From an uncultured Candidatus Saccharibacteria bacterium (GTDB lineage Bacteria > Patescibacteriota > Minisyncoccia > Phycocordibacterales > SBAW01): a stretch of DNA of 64,000 nt. Position numbers and translations under genes: made by a program. The first letter of the stretch is position 1. The number at the start of each line of letters is the position of its first letter. Below the pieces are notes generated by a model. That model made no database searches. It was not told the origin of the DNA and worked only from the letters and a program-made list of their open reading frames with translations. This document shows positions 37,695-46,741 of this stretch, in pieces. The DNA lies in the NCBI GenBank assembly GCA_964355655.1, contig CAYHDT010000002.1, forward strand, positions 15,598 through 79,597, read 5' to 3'.

Positions 37695-38987
37695 ATGCGC
37701 GACATCCGGAATGCCAACGAAGAGAGCGGCGAGCGGTCTATCCGGAATATTCCTTTGCATAAGCGCGCCCGGAACTCGGCCTCTGCCGACCGTAAAGAAC
37801 TTTCCTCCGACGGCCCCGCCGAACTGCCTCACCGCCATAAGCGCCGCAGGCCAAGGCGGTTTTGGTTTGTCGCGGCCGGCGTAGTGGCGGTTTGCGCCAT
37901 ATTCGGCCTTTTGCTTTCGACTGTATTTGCGGGGGCAACCGTGACAATCTATCCGCGCACTGAAACAGTAGGACTCCCCGCGACTCTTCAGGCCCGGCCA
38001 AATGCGCCGGCAGGCACCTTGTCCTATAAAATAATAACCGTCACCCGTTCCGCAAACCTTTCGGTGCCGGCGCAGGGAACAACCCGCGTTTCGCGCCCCG
38101 CAACAGGAGTCATTACGATAACCAACACCTACAATTCTTCGAGCCAGCGGCTTATCGCCAACACCCGATTTGAAGCTCCGGACGGCAAAATTTACAGGAT
38201 ACACGATTCGATAACCGTACCGGGAACGACCGGCACAGGGTCATCACTTAAACCGGGTACGGCCATTGTCACCATTTACGCCGACTCTCCCGGCCCCGAA
38301 TACAACAAGCCGGCGGGGACAACCTTTACTATTCCTGGCTTTAAGGGCGATCCGCGATATGCAAAATTTTCCGCCAAGGCCGGGGGAGCGCTTACCAACG
38401 GTTTTATAGGCGACGAACCTGCTGTAGCGGCGGCGGACCTTTCCACAGCTAAACTTTCTTTGCAAAAGAAACTCGATACCGATGTCAGGTCCGCCGCCAC
38501 GGCAGAAATACCAGCAGGCCACGCCGCAGTCCCCGGCACGCTTGAAGTGACGTTTGCCGATTTGGTACAAACACCTGGCGCAGACAAGACCGCGACTATC
38601 AGCCAGAGCGCCATGGCAAGCTGGGCTATTATCCGGCAAAGCGACTTAGCAAACGCTATTGCGCAGACAGAAGTAGACCGGTACCAAGGCGAAGCGCTAA
38701 ACTTCGGCGATGTATCTGAAATGGAAGTGACTCTCGCGTCTACCAGCAAGCGCAGCGATGGCATATTGACGCTTAACCTAAAAGGCAAGACGACACTGGT
38801 CTGGCAGTTTGACAAAGAAGCATTCCTTGCCGCTTTGGTGGGGAAGGGCAAAGTTGAACTGCAGGCGACTATACAGGCTTTCCAGCCCGCGATAGCCAAA
38901 GCCGACGCGACCATCCGGCCGTTCTGGAGAGGAGCGTTTCCATCCGACGCCGCCAAAATAAAAATAAAAATAGCAGGCGAGAAATAA
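37695..38987 (+). CDS. Membrane-anchored baseplate J/gp47-like protein
   Basis: TM helix, ATVTIYP, ATGVITITN, LIANTRF..PDG, ADSPGPEYN. Confidence 0.7.
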   Translation: MRDIRNANEESGERSIRNIPLHKRARNSASADRKELSSDGPAELPHRHKRRRPRRFWFVAAGVVAVCAIFGLLLSTVFAGATVTIYPRTETVGLPATLQARPNAPAGTLSYKIITVTRSANLSVPAQGTTRVSRPATGVITITNTYNSSSQRLIANTRFEAPDGKIYRIHDSITVPGTTGTGSSLKPGTAIVTIYADSPGPEYNKPAGTTFTIPGFKGDPRYAKFSAKAGGALTNGFIGDEPAVAAADLSTAKLSLQKKLDTDVRSAATAEIPAGHAAVPGTLEVTFADLVQTPGADKTATISQSAMASWAIIRQSDLANAIAQTEVDRYQGEALNFGDVSEMEVTLASTSKRSDGILTLNLKGKTTLVWQFDKEAFLAALVGKGKVELQATIQAFQPAIAKADATIRPFWRGAFPSDAAKIKIKIAGEK

Positions 38988-39141
38988 TATAAAAAAGAAA
39001 AGCACCCTCGTAGGGTGCTTTATTAGTTGGGGGAGTATCCTGCCCCTGCTTTTGCACTTAAACAAATATATGAGTTGTTGGCATGAAAAACGAAAGGGCG
39101 GACAGGTCAGTCCGACCTTCCGCCCCTTATAATATTCAGAC

Positions 39142-39681
39142 TCAGACGTTGATCAAGTCGGGCCGCCTTGTTTCTTCGGAGCCAAATTTAACCTCCACCG
39201 TCTTTCCGTGTGTGTGACCGCGGCCGATGACCCAATTTTCGGCGCTCGCATCACTGAGCCATCGGGCCGAATCGTGGGTCCAGATGACTGGCGTGACTGA
39301 GCCATGGTAGTAGTCAAAGCGAGCGATGTACTTCTTGTAGTCGCGGCCTTTTCTCCAGCCATCGCCGATGAAAATCTCGGGAATGGAAGTAGACTGTCCG
39401 ATGTTGCTCACCCGCCATACGTTGTCGGTGCCTCTGCGCACCGCCAGATTAAGCACTCCGACTTTGATCTGGGTGATTTCTCCGTCCGATTTGCGGACGA
39501 GGTAGACAGCGTCGAAGTTTTCGAGCACCTTTTCGTCATTGCTGTAGGAATAGATCGAAAAGGAAGTATGCTTCGGAAATACTTGGCACCCAGTGATAAC
39601 CTCAAGGGCCAACTCCACCGCGCGCAAGGCCGTATGGACTGCGGCGTATGTATCAATCTGCTTCTTCGTTTTGCCGAACAT
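39142..39681 (-). CDS. Hypothetical protein
   Basis: ATG after gaaggg SD; downstream hairpin. Confidence 0.6.
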   Translation of the reverse strand: MFGKTKKQIDTYAAVHTALRAVELALEVITGCQVFPKHTSFSIYSYSNDEKVLENFDAVYLVRKSDGEITQIKVGVLNLAVRRGTDNVWRVSNIGQSTSIPEIFIGDGWRKGRDYKKYIARFDYYHGSVTPVIWTHDSARWLSDASAENWVIGRGHTHGKTVEVKFGSEETRRPDLINV

Positions 39682-39818
39682 GATTGTATCCCTTCTCAAA
39701 GGACTGCATCTCGGACTCATTCCGAGCGCACCGCTTTTGCGGTACTCAATATGGTATCATATAAGTAAATGAAAGTCAAGTGGTCGAAAATACCCTTATT
39801 TTTGGGCTCCCGGGGGGT

Positions 39819-39847
39819 TTGACACTTATTACGGGGTAGGTTAGGAT
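39819..39847 (+). promoter_or_regulatory. Sigma70-type promoter for the infA-rpsI cluster
   Basis: ttgaca-N17-taggat. Confidence 0.65.
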
Positions 39848-39861
39848 AGGGAACGTCGTTA

Positions 39862-40071
39862 ATGGATAGCCAAGCACCAGAAACTCAAGGCGTCGTTGAA
39901 GAAGCCTTGCCTAATACGTTGTTCAAAGTCTCTTTGGAGAACGGTGAGGTGGTGTTGTGTTATCTCGCGGGCAAAATGCGGCTTCACCGGATTAAAGTGC
40001 TTGTGGGAGACAAGGTCCTGATGAAGCTCGACCCCTATGGGGGGAAGGCCCGCATCACGCGGCGATTGTAG
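39862..40071 (+). CDS. infA: Translation initiation factor IF-1
   Basis: EALPNTLFKV, GKMRLHRIKVLVGDKV. Confidence 0.96.
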   Translation: MDSQAPETQGVVEEALPNTLFKVSLENGEVVLCYLAGKMRLHRIKVLVGDKVLMKLDPYGGKARITRRL

Positions 40072-40079
40072 TAAATGAA

Positions 40080-40163
40080 TCCCGTTAGAGATGACGACGT
40101 TAAAAATATGACCATTAGCAAAATAACTACGGAAATGCTTTGCATTTCCTATCTCTAACGGGA
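40080..40163. mobile_element. MITE-like inverted-repeat element, copy 3, at the rpmJ start codon
   Basis: TIR tcccgttagagat/atctctaacggga; atgaa on both sides. Confidence 0.7.
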
Positions 40164-40276
40164 TGAAAGTAAAAGCTTCGATAAAACCCCGGTGCGCTAA
40201 CTGCAAAATGGTCCGCCGCAAGGGGCGGATTTATGTAGTGTGCATCAACCCGCGCCATAAGCAGCGTCAAGGATAA
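40163..40276 (+). CDS. rpmJ: 50S ribosomal protein L36 (below the ORF-track cutoff)
   Basis: Translated by hand: [37 protein letters not shown]. Confidence 0.97.
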   Translation: MKVKASIKPRCANCKMVRRKGRIYVVCINPRHKQRQG

Positions 40277-40285
40277 TTTTAATTC

Positions 40286-40663
40286 ATGCGTATTTCAGGT
40301 ATAACAATTCCTAATAAACGAGTCGTCTTTGCTTTGACGGCCCTTTATGGTGTCGGACCTTCACGCTCCGCGGCGATATTAAAAAAAGCGAAGATTGATT
40401 TGCAAAAGAAAGCGGACGATTTGACCGCCGAGGAAGAGAACGCCATCCGCCGCGAGCTGGAGGTTATCAAGCTCGAGGGAGACCTCAAGCGCGAGGTTTC
40501 AGGCAATATCAAGCGGCTCAAAGACATCGGCGCGTACCGCGGGCTGCGCCACACCAAGAGGCTTCCGGTCCGCGGTCAGCGCACTAAAACTAACTCGCGC
40601 ACCGTGCGCGGCAATGTGCGCAAAACGATGGGCTCCGGCCGCCGCAAGGAGAGCAAGACATAA
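40286..40663 (+). CDS. rpsM: 30S ribosomal protein S13
   Basis: YRGLRH..RLPVRGQRTKTNSRT. Confidence 0.97.
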   Translation: MRISGITIPNKRVVFALTALYGVGPSRSAAILKKAKIDLQKKADDLTAEEENAIRRELEVIKLEGDLKREVSGNIKRLKDIGAYRGLRHTKRLPVRGQRTKTNSRTVRGNVRKTMGSGRRKESKT

Positions 40664-40671
40664 TATTTTAT

Positions 40672-41097
40672 ATGGGAAAGAAACGCATAGTTAAAAAAGG
40701 CGGAGATTCGAGCGGCGCAAGCGCTGCTTCTTCCGCGCGCTCCCGCCGCAAGCTCGCCGACGGCATCCTTTTTGTCGAGGCGACCTACAACAACACCAAG
40801 GTCTGCCTGGGTGATAAGTCCGGCAACATCGTCACATGGTCGTCTTCCGGCTCCCTGGGATTCTCCGGAGCCAAAAAAGGCACGCCGTTTGCGGCCGCTA
40901 AGGTGGGCGAGGTTATCGGCGAACGCGCCACTGCCATGGGAGTAAAAGAAGTTTCGGTAGTCGTCTCAGGAGTAGGAGCGGGCAGAGAGTCCAGCATCCG
41001 CGCTTTTTCATCCAAAGGCATCCAAATTACCGCCATCAAAGACATGACCCCGGTGCCGCACAACGGCCCCCGTCCGCCTAAAGCGCGCCGAATTTAA
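40672..41097 (+). CDS. rpsK: 30S ribosomal protein S11
   Basis: ATYNNT, TPFAA, DMTPVPHNGPRP. Confidence 0.97.
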   Translation: MGKKRIVKKGGDSSGASAASSARSRRKLADGILFVEATYNNTKVCLGDKSGNIVTWSSSGSLGFSGAKKGTPFAAAKVGEVIGERATAMGVKEVSVVVSGVGAGRESSIRAFSSKGIQITAIKDMTPVPHNGPRPPKARRI

Positions 41098-41126
41098 TAT
41101 GCACTACTTTAATTTGTCGCATTAAT

Positions 41127-41735
41127 ATGCTCCTGGGACCTAAATATAAAATCTGCAAACGCCTCGGCGCCTCTGTGTTTGAAAAGTGCCAGACGCAAAA
41201 GTTCCAGCTGGCGGAGGCTCGCGCCCCGCGGAAGGTCGCGCGGCGCCGCGGCGGCAGCGACTTCGGCGTGCAGCTGCTCGAAAAGCAGAAAGCCCGCTTT
41301 ACGTACGGCCTCTCCGAAAGCCAGTTTTCCCGCTATGTACACGAAGCGATGGAGAAAAAAGGTAAGGATTCTATTACGGGTCTTCTCACCCGTTTGGAGT
41401 CGCGCCTCGACAATGTCATTTACCGCGCCGGTTTTGTGAAGACTCGCCGCGCTGCGCGCCAAATGGTCTCTCACGGCCATGTATTGGTTAATGGCCAGCG
41501 CCTCAATATCCCGTCTTTTAAAGTAGAAAAAGGCATGGTTGTCTCTATCCGTCCCGAAAGCCGCGGCAGCGCGCTCTATACCAACCGCACTGAAGCTGTC
41601 GCCGAAACAAAGGCGCCTGCGTGGATGACTTTCGAAGACCAAGGTTTTGCTATCAAAGTGATAGCCGATCCGTCGGTCACAGAAGGGGAGGCGCCGTTTA
41701 GCGCCCCGGTTATCATACAGTTCTACAGCCGCTAA
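41127..41735 (+). CDS. rpsD: 30S ribosomal protein S4
   Basis: QLLEKQK, LESRLDNVIYRAGF, ARQMVSHGH. Confidence 0.97.
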   Translation: MLLGPKYKICKRLGASVFEKCQTQKFQLAEARAPRKVARRRGGSDFGVQLLEKQKARFTYGLSESQFSRYVHEAMEKKGKDSITGLLTRLESRLDNVIYRAGFVKTRRAARQMVSHGHVLVNGQRLNIPSFKVEKGMVVSIRPESRGSALYTNRTEAVAETKAPAWMTFEDQGFAIKVIADPSVTEGEAPFSAPVIIQFYSR

Positions 41736-41798
41736 CTGTCGCATAGTTAGCAAATAAAAGAGTTAATTATTAAGTTTTTAAGAATAAAAGATTGAGTT

Positions 41799-42749
41799 AT
41801 GATGGAATATTCTATAGCACTGCCCTCTAAACCGCGCGTGGTTTCTGAGGCCGAGTTTGAGGGCGTTTACGAGATAGACGGACTGTACCCGGGCTACGGG
41901 CACACGCTGGGCAACTCGCTGCGCCGGATTATCCTTTCCTCCCTCCCCGGAGCCGCCGTTACAAGCGTAAAAATCGAAGGCGTCGAGCATGAGTTTTCGA
42001 CCATTCCCGGCATCCGCGAAGACGTGGTTACTATCCTGCTTAACCTCAAAAAGCTCCGCTTTGAGATACTGACGAGCGAGGCGCAGACTATATCGCTGTC
42101 TATCAAAGGCCCTAAAAAAGTTTCCGGAGCGGACCTTACGGTGCCGGGACAGGTGCGCCTGCTCAATCCGAACTCCTATATTTGCGAGATAACCGACAAA
42201 ACAGAGCTTAATGCGGAGTTCCACATCGAGCGAGGCTTAGGCTATGTGTCGCGCGAAGCGCACAAGAAAGACCGTGTCGAGATAGGCGAGATAGCGGTAG
42301 ACGCGATATTTTCTCCGATACGCCGCGTTAATTACGAAGTAGAAAATATGCGCGTCGGCGACCGCACCGATTTTAACCGCTTGCGTATTTCTATCGAGAC
42401 CGACGGCACGCTTACCCCAAAAGCGGCGCTCGAACACGCTATCGAGATTATGATTACCCAGCTTAAGGCAGTGGTAGGCTTCCGCGAAGATGAAATAGCC
42501 TCCTCCGCCGCGGAAACAGCTTCAGCCCCGGTCTTGGCTGTAGACTCCACTGAAGCGATGAAGACCCGCGTCGAGGACCTCGAGCTCTCTTCGCGCACTA
42601 TCTCCTCCTTGGAGAAAGCAAACATCCGCACCGTCGGCGGACTTGCCCGAAAGAAAGAGGCTGACCTCGTCGACATTGAAGGCCTGGGCCCGAAAGCGAT
42701 ACAAGAAATCAAACGTGCTTTGGCGAACTTCGGAATTGTATTAAAATGA
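41799..42749 (+). CDS. rpoA: RNA polymerase alpha subunit
   Basis: GYGHTLGNSLRRIILSSLPG, VDAIFSPI. Confidence 0.98.
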   Translation: MMEYSIALPSKPRVVSEAEFEGVYEIDGLYPGYGHTLGNSLRRIILSSLPGAAVTSVKIEGVEHEFSTIPGIREDVVTILLNLKKLRFEILTSEAQTISLSIKGPKKVSGADLTVPGQVRLLNPNSYICEITDKTELNAEFHIERGLGYVSREAHKKDRVEIGEIAVDAIFSPIRRVNYEVENMRVGDRTDFNRLRISIETDGTLTPKAALEHAIEIMITQLKAVVGFREDEIASSAAETASAPVLAVDSTEAMKTRVEDLELSSRTISSLEKANIRTVGGLARKKEADLVDIEGLGPKAIQEIKRALANFGIVLK

Positions 42750-42751
42750 TA

Positions 42752-42789
42752 ACAAGGCGAAACCTTGTAATACAAGGTTTCACCTTGTA
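42752..42789. repeat. Inverted pair of mini-palindromes between rpoA and rplQ
   Basis: acaagg-cgaaa-ccttgt and tacaagg-tttca-ccttgta. Confidence 0.75.
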
Positions 42790-42795
42790 AACACT

Positions 42796-43143
42796 ATGAG
42801 ACACGGAAATGTAAACAGAAAATTCGGCAGAGAGAAGGGCCAGCGTGCGGCTTTGCTCAAGTCGCTTGCCCGCTCGCTCCTGCTCCGCGGCAAAATGACC
42901 ACCTCTTTGGCTAAGGCTAAAGAAATCCGCCCGATGGTGGAAAAAATGGTTACCAAGGGCAAAAGTGCTACGCTTGCCAACCGCCGCCTCCTTATCTCGC
43001 AGCTTGGTGATGAACGCCTGGTAACAAAACTCTTTAAGACCGCCGCGACTTACAAAGACCGTACGGGAGGCTACCTGCGCATCGTTAAGATGGGTCCGCG
43101 CAAGGGTGATGCCGCCGAGATGGCCGTAATTGAGTTCGTATAA
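42796..43143 (+). CDS. rplQ: 50S ribosomal protein L17
   Basis: MRHG..RKFGR, GGYLRI, RKGDAAEMA. Confidence 0.97.
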   Translation: MRHGNVNRKFGREKGQRAALLKSLARSLLLRGKMTTSLAKAKEIRPMVEKMVTKGKSATLANRRLLISQLGDERLVTKLFKTAATYKDRTGGYLRIVKMGPRKGDAAEMAVIEFV

Positions 43144-43171
43144 TGTGTAACCCGTCTTCTAATAAAAAAGT

Positions 43172-43534
43172 ATGATTACTATCGACGCACAAGACAAAAC
43201 GCTAGGACGAGTGGCATCGGCCGCGGCTAAGGCGCTTATGGGCAAGCACAAAGTCGGCTTCGTCAAAAACCAGATAATGGGGGAGGAAGTGACTATCCTC
43301 AATGCCACCAAAATCAAGGTCACGGGCGCCAAGGAGCGCGACAAAGTGTACCTGCGCTACTCGGGCTACCCGGGCGGGCAAAAAAAAGAGACCTATGCTA
43401 TGTTGACAGCTCCGACCGAGACCACAAAAGCCCGTCGGGGACACAAAGAGGCAATCCGGCGCGCAATTATGGGCATGCTTCCGAAAAATCGCCTGCAGGA
43501 TCGCCGTATCAAGCTTTTGACGATACAAAATTAA
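43172..43534 (+). CDS. rplM: 50S ribosomal protein L13
   Basis: IDAQDKTLGRVAS, YSGYPGG, GMLPKN. Confidence 0.96.
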   Translation: MITIDAQDKTLGRVASAAAKALMGKHKVGFVKNQIMGEEVTILNATKIKVTGAKERDKVYLRYSGYPGGQKKETYAMLTAPTETTKARRGHKEAIRRAIMGMLPKNRLQDRRIKLLTIQN

Positions 43535-43536
43535 TT

Positions 43537-43953
43537 ATGGCTGCCACTACTACAAAAAAAGATGAGCGCTACATCGAGGCTGTCGGCCGCCGCAAGACGG
43601 CTATTGCCCGCGCGCGCCTAACGCCGGCTTCTAAGATGTCCGTGATTATTAACGGCAAGGATATCAACGAGTACTTTAAGACAGCCGCTCTGCAGACAAT
43701 AGCACTCGAAGCTTTTCTTAAAGTCGGGCTTACGACCCAGTTTGCGGTTACCGTGGTGGTCAAGGGCGGCGGTATCGCCGGACAGGCTGTCGCGGTGCGC
43801 CACGCCATCTCCAGAGCCCTTATCGACTACGACATCAACCTCCGCGGAGCACTCAAGAAAGAAGGTTTCCTTAAACGTGACCCGCGCGCCAAAGAGCGCC
43901 GCAAGGCCGGCTTTGTAAAAGCCCGCAAGCGCAAGCAGTGGTCGAAACGCTAG
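43537..43953 (+). CDS. rpsI: 30S ribosomal protein S9
   Basis: GRRKTAIAR, GGGIAGQ, QWSKR. Confidence 0.97.
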   Translation: MAATTTKKDERYIEAVGRRKTAIARARLTPASKMSVIINGKDINEYFKTAALQTIALEAFLKVGLTTQFAVTVVVKGGGIAGQAVAVRHAISRALIDYDINLRGALKKEGFLKRDPRAKERRKAGFVKARKRKQWSKR

Positions 43954-43989
43954 TTTGACAAATTAGCCCTTCGGGGCTAGTTTTGTAAC

Positions 43990-44214
43990 AGACTGTTTAG
44001 CGGCTGGTGTGGTTTTAACCTGTGAACCCCACAAACAACTAAAAGCGGGGCATTCGCCCTGCACCATCCGGCCGCTCTTTTTCTCCAATTTAGCCCAAAG
44101 CCAAAGGTGGATTCCTCAGCCCCCCAGCCCCCCACCATTGGCCTCGGCCCCTCGCGCGCACCTTGCGCGCGAGGGGAACCAATCAGCCGCTGTCTTTGAC
44201 AGCGGCGTTTTTTT
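43990..44214 (+). ncRNA. Candidate structured non-coding RNA of unknown class
   Basis: ttgaca-N17-tagttt upstream; 43999-44014 complementary to 44177-44191; internal hairpins; terminator 44186-44214. Confidence 0.45.
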
Positions 44215-44233
44215 GTTTACAATGGTGTCTCGT

Positions 44234-44713
44234 ATGGACTCCTCGGATGAAGAATTTGTGCCGGAAGAAGAGGCCGAAACCGGCCCCGCGGCGCTCAAAT
44301 CGATTCGCGAGAAGCTTAAGATAGCAATTGCTGAAAAGCAGGAGTATCTTGAAGGCTGGCAACGGGCGCGGGCCGACCTGATCAACTACAAAAAAGAGAC
44401 TGCAGCAGGACACGGAGAGTCGCGAGGGCGCATTAAAGCGGAGTTTATCGAGGAGCTGCTCCCGGCGCTGGACGTTCTTGAGCTTTCGGTCAAGCACGAC
44501 AAAAATCCGACGCTTACAATGCTCGAAAAGCAGTTTCTGGATTCATTAAAAAAATTAGATATAGAGCGGTTCGGTTCGGTAGGGGACGACTTTGACCCGC
44601 ACAAGCACGAAGCGCTCGCCGAGCGGGGAAAGAAGCACAAAGTTGAATCAGTGGAACGCAGCGGATACCGCGCAGGCGGCAAAATTATAAGACCGGCACA
44701 AGTAATTATATAA
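44234..44713 (+). CDS. grpE: Nucleotide exchange factor GrpE
   Basis: WQRARADLINYKK, LLPALD, FDPHKHEA, IIRPAQV. Confidence 0.95.
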   Translation: MDSSDEEFVPEEEAETGPAALKSIREKLKIAIAEKQEYLEGWQRARADLINYKKETAAGHGESRGRIKAEFIEELLPALDVLELSVKHDKNPTLTMLEKQFLDSLKKLDIERFGSVGDDFDPHKHEALAERGKKHKVESVERSGYRAGGKIIRPAQVII

Positions 44714-44716
44714 AAT

Positions 44717-44737
44717 AATCGAGGACCGTCCTTGATT
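44717..44737. repeat. Mini-palindrome between grpE and dnaK
   Basis: aatcgagg-accgt-ccttgatt. Confidence 0.7.
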
Positions 44738-44751
44738 TAAAATAGAAAAGT

Positions 44752-46659
44752 ATGGGAAAAATTCTTGGAATCGATTTAGGCACCACTAACTCCGCCGCGG
44801 CGATAGTACAGGGCGGAGAGCCTAGAGTGCTCGAAAACGCGGAAGGTGCGCGCACCACTCCGTCGGTTGTCGCTACCTCTAAAACCGGCGAGCGTCTGGT
44901 CGGCCTTATTGCGCGCCGCCAAGCGGTCACCAATCCTAAAAACACGGTCTACCAAATTAAGCGCTTTATCGGCCATAGCTTCGACGAAGCAAATGTACAA
45001 AAAGACAAGGCTGTTGTTCCTTTTGAGATGCGCAAATCCGCAAACGGCGGCATCGAGGTCAAAATGGGCGACCTGCCTGCCGGCGGGCAGGGGCATTGGG
45101 TGCGCCCCGAGGAAGTCTCAGCCATGATTTTAGGCAAATTGAAGGCGGATGCTGAAAAGCGCCTGGGCGAGCCGATAACTGAAGCGGTCATAACCGTACC
45201 GGCGTATTTTAACGATGCTCAGCGCGCCGCCACGCGCGACGCGGGCAAGATTGCCGGGCTCGAGGTTAAACGCATCATTAACGAGCCTACCGCCGCGGCG
45301 CTTGCCTATGGCTTTGATAAAAAGAAGGACGAAAAAGTAGTTGTCTTCGACTTTGGAGGAGGTACCTTCGACGTGTCGGTGCTGGAAGTGAGTGCTGATG
45401 TTATCGAGGTCCGCTCCACCGACGGCGACGCGCATCTTGGCGGCAAGGACATCGACCAAAAAATAATAGACTGGCTGGCGGTCGAATTCCAGAAAGAGTC
45501 CGGTATCGACGTGCGCAACGACGCGCTGGCCCGCCAGCGCCTCGACGAGGCGGCGGAAAAGGCAAAAATAGAGCTTTCTACCTCCATGGAAACCGAGGTA
45601 AATATTCCGTTTATTACCTCGGACGCCTCCGGTCCGCGCCATTTGCTCGTAAAGATGAGTCGCTCGAAGCTCGAAGAGCTGACGGCGGAATACATTGACC
45701 GCGCGCTCGCCATTACCAAGCGCGCCATGGAGGCCTCGCCGTTTAAAATAGGCGACATCAACGAAGTCATACTTGTCGGCGGCCAAACCCGCATGCCGGC
45801 TCTGCAGGCAGCGGTTGAAAAATATTTCGGCAAAAAACCGAACATGTCGGTAAATCCCGACGAGGTAGTGGCTATCGGCGCCGCTATCCAGGGCGGTATA
45901 CTCGGCGGCGAGGTGCGCGATGTGCTTTTGCTCGACGTCATTCCGCTTTCTTTAGGCATCGAGACTATGGGCGGCGTGGCAACCAAATTGATAGACCGCA
46001 ACACAACTATCCCCACCGCAAAATCGCAGACATTCTCTACCGCGGCCGACAACCAAACAAGCGTGGAGATACACATAACACAGGGCGAGCGCGCCATGGC
46101 CAGCGACAACAAAAGTCTTGGCAAGTTTGTACTCGACGGCATTCCCCCCGCGCCCCGCGGACTCCCACAGGTTGAGGTAACCTTTGATGTCGACGCCAAC
46201 GGCATACTCAGCGTCAAGGCAAAAGACAAAGCCACCGGCAAAGAGCAGGCTATCCGTATCGAGGCAAGCTCAGGGCTAGCCGACGCCGACATTGAGCGCA
46301 TGCGCAAAGAGGCCGAGGCAAACGCCGAAACCGACAAGCAGAAAGTTGAGCTGGTAGAAGCGCGCAACATGGCCGACCAAGCGGTGTACGGCGCGCGTAA
46401 AGCTCTTGGCGACAACAAAGATAAAATCCCCATGGAGCTCGCGACCGCAATCAACGAAAAAGTTTCCGCCCTAGAATCCATTAAGGGGGGAGATGACTTT
46501 GTAAAAATAAAATCCGCAACCGAAGAACTGTCGAAAGAATTGTCCAAAGTCTACGAAGCGGTGCAAAAAGCCGGAGGTACTCCTCCGCCTCCGCCGGCCA
46601 GCGGAGAAACCCCTCCGGGCACTCAACAAGCGCCAACCGATACTCCGGAGCAGAAATAA
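44752..46659 (+). CDS. dnaK: Chaperone DnaK
   Basis: [34 protein letters not shown]. Confidence 0.99.
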   Translation: MGKILGIDLGTTNSAAAIVQGGEPRVLENAEGARTTPSVVATSKTGERLVGLIARRQAVTNPKNTVYQIKRFIGHSFDEANVQKDKAVVPFEMRKSANGGIEVKMGDLPAGGQGHWVRPEEVSAMILGKLKADAEKRLGEPITEAVITVPAYFNDAQRAATRDAGKIAGLEVKRIINEPTAAALAYGFDKKKDEKVVVFDFGGGTFDVSVLEVSADVIEVRSTDGDAHLGGKDIDQKIIDWLAVEFQKESGIDVRNDALARQRLDEAAEKAKIELSTSMETEVNIPFITSDASGPRHLLVKMSRSKLEELTAEYIDRALAITKRAMEASPFKIGDINEVILVGGQTRMPALQAAVEKYFGKKPNMSVNPDEVVAIGAAIQGGILGGEVRDVLLLDVIPLSLGIETMGGVATKLIDRNTTIPTAKSQTFSTAADNQTSVEIHITQGERAMASDNKSLGKFVLDGIPPAPRGLPQVEVTFDVDANGILSVKAKDKATGKEQAIRIEASSGLADADIERMRKEAEANAETDKQKVELVEARNMADQAVYGARKALGDNKDKIPMELATAINEKVSALESIKGGDDFVKIKSATEELSKELSKVYEAVQKAGGTPPPPPASGETPPGTQQAPTDTPEQK

Positions 46660-46680
46660 TCAAGGACCGTCCTTGATTAT
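46656..46680. repeat. Mini-palindrome overlapping the dnaK stop
   Basis: ataatcaagg-accgt-ccttgattat. Confidence 0.8.
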
Positions 46681-46741
46681 TTTAGGTTTGTAGAAATACA
46701 AGCCTTTTCCTTTTCTGTCAAATCGTGCTATAATGTACCGG

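Noticed and set aside
37695-38987. Prophage or T6SS based on the baseplate-J-like gene
   Set aside because: No capsid, tail, terminase or tss genes nearby, and the protein is membrane anchored
44009-44233. N-terminal extension of GrpE in the ORF track
   Set aside because: Crosses hairpins, a terminator and a promoter; GrpE-like sequence begins near 44234
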